In this document: positions 57,247-64,000 of the stretch, piece by piece
Position numbering within the stretch: the first letter of the stretch is position 1
Layout of the letters: each line of letters begins with the position of its first letter
Assembly (NCBI GenBank): GCA_001792535.1
Contig: MGGS01000008.1
Location: 11,016-75,015, forward strand
Source of the DNA: Candidatus Woesebacteria bacterium RIFCSPHIGHO2_02_FULL_42_20
GTDB lineage: Bacteria > Patescibacteriota > Microgenomatia > UBA8517
Direction of reading: 5' to 3'
DNA: 64,000 nt
Program-made: the position numbers and the translations under genes
Notes under the pieces: generated by a model
Database searches by the model: none
What the model was told of the DNA's origin: nothing
What the model saw: the letters and a program-made list of their open reading frames with translations, nothing else

Positions 57247-58506
57247 ATGCCTGAAAGCCTATATAAAAATGCCGTTTCTCAACTGAAAGAAGTAGCTAAG
57301 TTACTAAAGCTTTCCAAAAAAGAGGTTGACTACCTTTCAAAGCCCGAGCGTTTCCACAAAAATACTCTTCGGGTGAAAATGGATAACGGAGCAATTAGAC
57401 AATTTAAAGCTTTCAGGTCGCAACACAACAGCGCCCGTGGGCCATATAAAGGTGGGATAAGATTTCACCCTCAAGTTTCCCAAGACGAAGTAATGGCCTT
57501 GTCGATGTGGATGAGCTGGAAGACGGCCGTTGTCGGTATTCCCTATGGTGGTGGAAAAGGCGGAGTTGTCGTTGACCCCGGGGAATTGTCAGTTGGGGAG
57601 CTCGAAAGGTTATCCCGAACATACGCCGGCTGGGCGGGAAAGTTTATCGGTCCGTGGACTGACGTGCCGGCGCCGGATGTAAATACAGACAGTCAGGTTA
57701 TGGCATGGATGGTAGACGAGATAGAAAAAACCCAAACTTCCAAAACTCAAAAACTCCAAGTGAACCCGCGGGCAACATTTACCGGTAAGCCTCTGGAAAT
57801 AGGCGGGTCACAGGGTAGGGAAGAAGCAACCGGCTTGGGCGGCTTTTATACATTGGAAAAGTTGACTCATCACTCTTCACTCGTCACTCGTAACTCTACT
57901 ATCGCTGTTCAGGGGATTGGCAATGTCGGTTACTGGTTTGCGAAGTTTGTAAGTGACGGGGGCTATAAAGTCGTGGCAATCTCCGACTCCAAGGGCGGAG
58001 TTTACAATCCGAAGGGAATAGATTTAGAGAAAGTTATGGAACACAAAAAAAAGACAGGGTCAGTTTTGGGTTTGTATCATGAACTGACTAACCAGGAACT
58101 AATAACTCTAAACGTAGATGTCTTGGTTCCTGCCGCACTAGAAAATGTTATCACTGGTGAAAACGCCAAGGATGTCAAAGCAAAAGTAATTATCGAGTTG
58201 GCAAATGGTCCTGTCGCACCCAAAGCAGATGAAATACTTTTGAGAAGAAAAATTTTGTCGGTTCCGGATGTATTGGCAAATGCAGGCGGGGTAACAGTTT
58301 CTTACTTTGAATGGGTGCAAAATCTATCGGGCTATTACTGGGAAAAGCAGGAAGTCTTTGAAAAATTAAAAATTATTATGGATAGGGCATTTGCCGAAAT
58401 GTGGCATGTTCATTTAGATAAGCCACGATTGTCCCTTCGTATGTGCGCTTACATTAATGCAGTCTCCAAAGTTGTTTCTGTAATGCGGGTTTTGGGGAGA
58501 ATTTAG
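57247..58506 (+). CDS. gdhA: Glu/Leu/Phe/Val dehydrogenase (glutamate dehydrogenase)
   Basis: RGPYKGGIRFHP, GGGKGG, DVPAPD, TGKP..GGSQGR, QGIGNVG, ELANGP, ANAGGVTVSYFEWVQN. Confidence 0.93.
   Translation: MPESLYKNAVSQLKEVAKLLKLSKKEVDYLSKPERFHKNTLRVKMDNGAIRQFKAFRSQHNSARGPYKGGIRFHPQVSQDEVMALSMWMSWKTAVVGIPYGGGKGGVVVDPGELSVGELERLSRTYAGWAGKFIGPWTDVPAPDVNTDSQVMAWMVDEIEKTQTSKTQKLQVNPRATFTGKPLEIGGSQGREEATGLGGFYTLEKLTHHSSLVTRNSTIAVQGIGNVGYWFAKFVSDGGYKVVAISDSKGGVYNPKGIDLEKVMEHKKKTGSVLGLYHELTNQELITLNVDVLVPAALENVITGENAKDVKAKVIIELANGPVAPKADEILLRRKILSVPDVLANAGGVTVSYFEWVQNLSGYYWEKQEVFEKLKIIMDRAFAEMWHVHLDKPRLSLRMCAYINAVSKVVSVMRVLGRI
57864..57898 (+). repeat. CACTCGT-like heptamer x5 within gdh
   Basis: gactcat cactctt cactcgt cactcgt aactcta (THHSSLVTRNS). 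Confidence 0.75.
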
Positions 58507-58825
58507 TTATCATGAGCGTTTGTCTTTGTTGACAAACTCATCCTTTGGCACCTATTTGTCTATTCGACTGGCCGAAGCTGCAGTAATTGAATGATTATTG
58601 ACTTCTGGTGGTAAATGGGATTGTCGGTATTCCAGGATCATCTTTAGGGAAGCGTGGACACGAAATTAAAATCACAACCGCTTCCCGTAGCGATTGCTTC
58701 AATAGCTAACGTGCAATAAGCGAAGGTGGCTCTGTTATCGCTTACCACAGCGACTCCCAGATACCTGTAATCTTTTTTTACACGATCGTCAATTTGTATT
58801 TCAGCTGACATAGTAAGAAGCTATT

Positions 58826-59164
58826 TTAGTAGAGGAGGCGCGATATGTCAAAAAGAGTGGAGATGGTTCCTAAACCGAAAAGTAAGTCTAGTGTAAAAAT
58901 TACAATAATGACTGCGAGATTTGCTTTTAGATAAGTGGAATTTTTTTGTAAAAACAATCCGTAGGGGATTTGAAGTGTGGCAAATAGTAAAAATAAAAAC
59001 TTATTTAAATACAGCGCTATTAAAGTAAAAACAATTCCGTTTATGATGAGCAGGGTCGGGAGCCAGCTCCAATAGCGCTTGTCGCGGACCATCAATACCC
59101 AAGCAGCGGGGGCAAAAAGCCAGAGCAGGATTATGACCAGAGCGTGTTTTTTCTTTGTGTCCAT
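58826..59164 (-). CDS. Small membrane protein
   Basis: About four TM segments. Confidence 0.6.
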   Translation of the reverse strand: MDTKKKHALVIILLWLFAPAAWVLMVRDKRYWSWLPTLLIINGIVFTLIALYLNKFLFLLFATLQIPYGLFLQKNSTYLKANLAVIIVIFTLDLLFGLGTISTLFDISRLLY

Positions 59165-59191
59165 ATATGTATTATGTATTATAATATAAAT

Positions 59192-59695
59192 ATGCTTAAT
59201 CCTGACGTAACGGTTAGCAAAAGTGAATTAGAGGGAATCGGTTTAATTGCGGCTCGTGACATTCCGGTGGGAGCTGTTATTTGGAAAATGGAGCCGGATA
59301 CAATTCAGTTGACCCCCGACAAGATATCAACAGTACGGAGCGAGTATCACAAGTTCATCCATCACTACAAAGACAGGTTTATTTTTGTCCAGGATGACAG
59401 GATGTACATCAACCACAGCTGCGACCCCAACACTTGGTGGGCAGATGACGAAACCTTAATTGCAAAACGCAATATCAAAGCGGATGAAGAAGTTACTTAT
59501 GATTATGCGACTACCGAAATTACGGAAGAAACAATGCACAAGTTTGCCTGCAATTGCGGGGCAGCGAATTGTCGCGGTTCAGTTACCCCAGGCGACTTTA
59601 AAGATCCCGACTTCCAAAAAGAACACGAAGGCCACTTGCCCAGCTGGACGGTTGCCGCTATTGCGGCAAGTAAAACCGGAAATATACTAAGTTAA
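59192..59695 (+). CDS. SET-domain protein (lysine methyltransferase-like) with post-SET motif
   Basis: GIGLIAARDI, YINHSCDPN, EEVTYDY, CNCGAANCRG. Confidence 0.92.
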   Translation: MLNPDVTVSKSELEGIGLIAARDIPVGAVIWKMEPDTIQLTPDKISTVRSEYHKFIHHYKDRFIFVQDDRMYINHSCDPNTWWADDETLIAKRNIKADEEVTYDYATTEITEETMHKFACNCGAANCRGSVTPGDFKDPDFQKEHEGHLPSWTVAAIAASKTGNILS

Positions 59696-60369
59696 AACCT
59701 CAAAGTTCCCTGTTTTAGTTTTGAAGTGTCCAGTTTTGGCTCGATGACCATCATCCACCCACCCCTTCTTTTAAGTGCAAAATCAAGTTCTTGCTCATTA
59801 ATTCTTTCCAATGCAAGGTAGGGATCGCGGATGATATATTCATCCCTGTCTTTGCCGGAAACTATAATTACGTGGCGGTAATCTTCTTTGGGGTTTTTGT
59901 AAAAGTCTTGGCCCCATACGCTAATGATAACGGGTATTTTTTTTTGCAGAAAGCCGTCAATGGTTTCTAAATTTGGTATTTCAAAAATATATTTTCCGCC
60001 GTCTTTAACGTATAACAGCTGTTTTGAAATCTCGCGTTTAACACCAAAAGACTTGCTTTCCTTTCGTAGTGTTGCAAGAGAAGCTAAAAGCGATTTGGTG
60101 CTTTTATGCAGCGACTCAACGGTTTCAATATTCCAAAAATGCCAATCATAGTGATAAATGACTGCTTTGTAGCCCTTTTTTAAAGCTAGCCTCCCGAGAT
60201 CTGAAAAGTATGCTCCAAAGAGGCCTGAATGTTTTTTGTAAACGTGCAGCTTTCTCCATACTTCGTCTCTGGTAATTTTGTCGCCAAAAAATTTGACAAC
60301 CATTAAGGCACAGCACCGCAGGCAGTCGTCACTTTTTGGGTCTTGGCGAATAAGCGGAATGTAGAGCAT
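59692..60369 (-). CDS. C39-like cysteine peptidase
   Basis: IPLIRQ..DCLRCCALMV, IPVII, HVIIVSG, IRDP. Confidence 0.72.
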   Translation of the reverse strand: MLYIPLIRQDPKSDDCLRCCALMVVKFFGDKITRDEVWRKLHVYKKHSGLFGAYFSDLGRLALKKGYKAVIYHYDWHFWNIETVESLHKSTKSLLASLATLRKESKSFGVKREISKQLLYVKDGGKYIFEIPNLETIDGFLQKKIPVIISVWGQDFYKNPKEDYRHVIIVSGKDRDEYIIRDPYLALERINEQELDFALKRRGGWMMVIEPKLDTSKLKQGTLRF

Positions 60370-60439
60370 TTGCCCCAAGTATAGCAGATGTATTATACTG
60401 GTGCTTAGTGGTGGATATCGTAATACTATCTTCTTGTTG

Positions 60440-60468
60440 CTGTAAACCAAACGCTAATTGGTTTACAG
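60440..60468. promoter_or_regulatory. Inverted repeat in a divergent intergenic region (candidate operator)
   Basis: CTGTAAACCAA-N7-TTGGTTTACAG. Confidence 0.5.
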
Positions 60469-60556
60469 ATTAGTGTCTTCTAACCTCAAACTTTCGCCAA
60501 GAAAATAGCAATTTGTAAATCAATGAGCCAGAGGCTCATGAAGGAGGTGATACAAA

Positions 60557-60787
60557 TTGGCTAACCAGATTAAAACTTTCTACTTTAAAAGGGCCGAATA
60601 TTTTGTCGGCGACGCTAACGGCAGCGAAATTTTGCTAAAAATTGATTATAAAAATAAAAAATATGAATTGGAAAACAAAGGCAAGAAAAATGGAATTTTG
60701 GTTCGGGAAGCTAAAAAAATCGGAAAGAGTTTAATCAAACGAAAGCATGGAATGAATTTTGTGGATAGGGTTATTGGCAAAGGTTGA
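60557..60787 (+). CDS. Small basic hypothetical protein
   Basis: SD AAGGAGGTGA before TTG start. Confidence 0.6.
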   Translation: MANQIKTFYFKRAEYFVGDANGSEILLKIDYKNKKYELENKGKKNGILVREAKKIGKSLIKRKHGMNFVDRVIGKG

Positions 60788-60829
60788 ATTGTTAAAATTT
60801 TAGTGCTAGGATTGCGCCAAGGTAAAAAA

Positions 60830-61585
60830 ATGACCAAGTTAAAAAGCATTTTTATACCTGCCGCTTTTCTAGCCACCCTTTCTTTTTTGGCATTTGTAAA
60901 TTTGAGTAGTGCGGTTGAAGTTAAACCTTTACCGGTAACTGTTTCGGTATGCATTGTCGGGGGTTGCTCGGGGGAGCTGTGTGTCGATGAAACCCGCGGG
61001 CCAATGGAGAGCATTTGCCTGTATCGTGAAGAGTATTCTTGTTTGAAATATGCCAAATGTGAAGTGCAATCAACGGGTGTTTGCGGCTGGACTTACGGGC
61101 TTGAATATACATTGTGTGTCGGCGGTGGGCCGGTAAAAACTCCTGACATAACACCACATATTAGCCCGACAATAAAGCCTGAACCCACTGAGGTACCAGT
61201 TTCACCAATTTGCGGTAATAACATTTGCGAACCAGGTGAGGCAGACTATGATAACTGTCCAATATGCGAGCCGGGTCGGCCGTGTCCGATGAGACCGTGC
61301 GTTCTGTTAGAAGGCAGCTGTCCGGCTGATTGTCTGGCCAAACCAACACCGACTTTCTATGCGACACCTGTACCCAGGTCGTCGGTAATTCCCATCCCTA
61401 GCCCGAAACCATCAGCCAGTCCTTTGTCAACAATCTTGCCGGTACCTGGTTATTTTCCTTTGCCGACGGTAAGCCCTGATTGGCCAGGGAATCAGGAACC
61501 ATTACTTAAAAAACATTTTCAATTTAATTGGAAAATGCTTTTCAGGAAAATTAAATTTAATTTTGGTTATTTCCAATTTGATTAA
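60830..61585 (+). CDS. Exported Cys-rich protein (eight-cysteine-cluster-like domain plus Pro-rich linkers)
   Basis: Signal peptide; CIVGGCSGELC..CLYREEYSCLKYAKCE..GVCGW; CGNNICEPGE. Confidence 0.75.
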   Translation: MTKLKSIFIPAAFLATLSFLAFVNLSSAVEVKPLPVTVSVCIVGGCSGELCVDETRGPMESICLYREEYSCLKYAKCEVQSTGVCGWTYGLEYTLCVGGGPVKTPDITPHISPTIKPEPTEVPVSPICGNNICEPGEADYDNCPICEPGRPCPMRPCVLLEGSCPADCLAKPTPTFYATPVPRSSVIPIPSPKPSASPLSTILPVPGYFPLPTVSPDWPGNQEPLLKKHFQFNWKMLFRKIKFNFGYFQFD

Positions 61586-62055
61586 TGTCTAAAAAGTCCT
61601 TTTTCTTGGGTTTAATTATCGGAGTTTTAGTCGGTGGTTTAATAGGCTATATCGAAGCCGGTGTTGGCCAAACAATTAACCTTAAAACAATGGCCGTTGT
61701 CGTCAATAAGTCAGGTGAGCAAACGACTTTGTCAGCCCGCTATGGCAGCCCGAAAGCGGCCAAGGACGGGGCAAAATTTGTATCGGTTAATTTGACTTTG
61801 GCAAACACGACTACCAGTGAGTTTACCTTCCGACCCGACGAAAACATCAGGTTGGTGGATAGTATTGGCAGGGAATACGAAACTTATTCCGATTCCATTG
61901 GTGCAGTTGACGATTATTTAAACTACAAGGATTTATCTCCGTCGATTGATGTTTCAGGAAGTTTGATTTTCGAAATTCCGGAAGACGCAACCAGCTATTA
62001 TTTATTGATCGCTAAAGAGCAAAGCAAAGAGATTTATAAAGTTTCTCTGATATAA
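61585..62055 (+). CDS. DUF4352-like Ig-fold membrane-anchored protein
   Basis: KFVSVNLTLANTT..LVDSIGREY..LSP..GSLIFEIP. Confidence 0.72.
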   Translation: MSKKSFFLGLIIGVLVGGLIGYIEAGVGQTINLKTMAVVVNKSGEQTTLSARYGSPKAAKDGAKFVSVNLTLANTTTSEFTFRPDENIRLVDSIGREYETYSDSIGAVDDYLNYKDLSPSIDVSGSLIFEIPEDATSYYLLIAKEQSKEIYKVSLI

Positions 62056-62063
62056 TCTGCTTC

Positions 62064-62825
62064 ATGCTCGGGCCGGAAAGGCTGGGAACGGCGAATTTAC
62101 TTACTGAAAGTTTTACAAGAAGAGGCGTTGTTGTCTTTTTCTGCGACGTCGACGACACGTTAGTCGATACTTCTTGGCTTTATAAAATATTCATGAGCGA
62201 ATATGCCAGCTATATCGCAAGGCTAAACGGAAAGATAGATTCCGAGGTTGTGCGGGAAACAATGGGAAACGCGATTAGAGGTTTAAGAAGCACTTTTCGT
62301 GTTCATCCGACGATTCTGAAAGAGTCAGCCCGACTTGCTGCTTTACAATACGGAGTCGATTTTTACAGCGATAAATCAGTTAGCCAAGTTTCGCGGCTGA
62401 TGGACCTGTATACTAGCGCGCCACCGGCTTTCGATGGTGTATTGGAAGCAATGGAAGTTATTCACGCGTCTGGGGTTAGGATAATTGCCATGAGTCACTC
62501 TCCAGAAGACTGGACAGAAAAGAAGCTTGCGCAAAATGGTCTTTTAAAGTTTTTTAATGAGATTTATGGAGTAGACACGACCAAGTTTAAAGACGGCCCT
62601 GCATGGCGCTATGTTTTTGGGAAATACCAAATTGATCCAGCACACGCGATGATTGTTGGGGACAGTTGGGCCACAGACGTGAAGCCCGCTCTTGAAAACC
62701 AGGTCTTACCTCAAAATATTATTCGAGTAATGACAGACTATACTCACGCGAACATCGGGCGAATTGATGGCATACAGGAAGTAAAATATTTTCGCGATGT
62801 TCCCGGCGCGATTGTTTCGGGGTAG
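62064..62825 (+). CDS. HAD-superfamily hydrolase
   Basis: CDVDDTLVDT (motif I), MSH, K, VGDSWATDV (motif IV). Confidence 0.88.
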   Translation: MLGPERLGTANLLTESFTRRGVVVFFCDVDDTLVDTSWLYKIFMSEYASYIARLNGKIDSEVVRETMGNAIRGLRSTFRVHPTILKESARLAALQYGVDFYSDKSVSQVSRLMDLYTSAPPAFDGVLEAMEVIHASGVRIIAMSHSPEDWTEKKLAQNGLLKFFNEIYGVDTTKFKDGPAWRYVFGKYQIDPAHAMIVGDSWATDVKPALENQVLPQNIIRVMTDYTHANIGRIDGIQEVKYFRDVPGAIVSG

Positions 62826-63113
62826 AATTAAAACCCGTTTTGTCTTGCCTTCTTTATTTGTCTCCTGTGCTCAATTAAAAATCCGACTACTATCCAGAAG
62901 ACGATAAGCAGAGTAAATGTTATTTGCCATGAGGCTGGCGATATTTTTTTACCGATAATATTGTAGATAATATTAACCGACATAAAGCCCCCGGCGAAAG
63001 TTATCAGAAATATTGTTGATAAATAATCGAAATTTTTTTAATATTTTTTATATTGTTCGTATCTAATGATCAATAACTTCTTAAACACTTTGTAGTATTA
63101 TAACAGTTAAATT

Positions 63114-64000
63114 ATGACAGAAAGAGACAAGATTGAGTTTTCTGATTTGAGGCCAACTTTGCGAGATAAAGTCGCTACTGTGAGGTTATTTATTGGCTCA
63201 ACTGTGGATGGTTTAGTAGCTTTTGATACTAATAAAATTGCCGGAGATATGGACAAGGATATCAGACACAGGGTTGCTTATGCCTTAATACCTCATATTT
63301 GGAGAAACCTTGCAGGGATAGATAGACGCAGATTTATTAACTCTCCGCTATATGAATTATTTGCTAATAGTTACAGGTTGGTCTGCTTCTACGACGATTT
63401 GTGTGATGAAAGAGATGGAGGTGTGCCATTGCCAACAAAAGATGAACTTGCATCAAGTGAATATGCTCGCCAGCTTCTTTGCAGCGTTGTAAATATAGTT
63501 CATAGACAGCTAAAAACTCCCGCTTGTGAGCGTATTAAATTCATTGGTAATTTGGCACATTTTCGAAGACAGGAATATGAATGGCTGCAGGAGTTTGAAC
63601 CTGGTGATCGTGACTGGAAAACTTTTTCATTTGATGAGGTTGTAGGGTATAAGGAGTTAACTGGTAGTTTAAATGCGCGAATTGCATCTGAAGTTTGTGG
63701 TTTACCTTTTTCTGAAGTACCGCAACAAAAAAAAATATTTATTGAAGAATCAATGGTGAATGCATTATTGCTTATGCAAATTGCAGATGATGTTAGAGAC
63801 TGGAGAGAAGATGTAAGATTCGGTAATTTAAACTATTTCACTTCTGCTGCAGTTGGGACAGGTGAGCTTGGTCGGTTACTTGGAAATACTGATAAGTTAC
63901 CACCGAGATCAGTGGCACCTGAGTCAATGGAAATGTGTGACCGAGTAGCAGTGGGTTATCTTCAAAAGATTCCAAGTGAGTATAGAGGTTTGAAAGGAGT
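63114..64000 (+). CDS. Class I isoprenoid-biosynthesis-fold protein (terpene/prenyl synthase-like), truncated by window edge
   Basis: Manual translation is open to the window end: FYDDLCDE (DDxxD), YKELTGSL, MQIADDVRDWREDVRFGNLN. Confidence 0.75.
   Translation, partial: MTERDKIEFSDLRPTLRDKVATVRLFIGSTVDGLVAFDTNKIAGDMDKDIRHRVAYALIPHIWRNLAGIDRRRFINSPLYELFANSYRLVCFYDDLCDERDGGVPLPTKDELASSEYARQLLCSVVNIVHRQLKTPACERIKFIGNLAHFRRQEYEWLQEFEPGDRDWKTFSFDEVVGYKELTGSLNARIASEVCGLPFSEVPQQKKIFIEESMVNALLLMQIADDVRDWREDVRFGNLNYFTSAAVGTGELGRLLGNTDKLPPRSVAPESMEMCDRVAVGYLQKIPSEYRGLKG

Noticed and set aside
62828-63090. Small minus-strand membrane ORF
   Set aside because: It is interrupted by TAA in an A-rich run; too short and uncertain to call
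1-64000. CRISPR array, cas genes, reverse transcriptase/retron/DGR, rRNA
   Set aside because: No regularly spaced 25-40 bp repeats, no Cas or RT (YxDD) proteins and no rRNA-like sequence were seen

Overview
This is a 64-kb bacterial chromosome segment read in the standard code (TGA is a stop). Gene content and style point to Patescibacteria/CPR, Microgenomates-like (inference): split comEC, a CPR-type pilin domain, a PEGA protein, an extended uL1 and -10 boxes placed directly before start codons. The housekeeping core comprises leuS (3' end), comEA/comEC, argS, an MgtA-like ATPase with mgtE, an M16 peptidase, ndk, tRNA-Pro(CGG), tRNA-Arg(CCT), mreB, a WecB/TagA glycosyltransferase, isoprenoid genes (fni, polyprenyl synthase, uppS, a class I isoprenoid-fold gene at the right edge), rplJL with its L10 leader, secE-nusG-rplK-rplA, rnhB, rpsU and gdh. 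The best candidate for an undescribed system is a tightly coupled operon of a 7TM protein, an ATP-grasp/retropepsin fusion and three further ATP-grasp ligases (36.1-41.1 kb). Other notable items: a GC-rich secreted-protein ORF bracketed by multi-stem RNA structures (5.9-6.7 kb); 7/8-nt microsatellites embedded in-frame in housekeeping genes; a glycoside hydrolase-like/pilin fusion; a perfect 30-bp palindrome joining two headless gene fragments; and an 11.5-kb toxin-antitoxin-rich insert between rplA and rplJ. All family calls come from motif recognition by eye; no searches were run.
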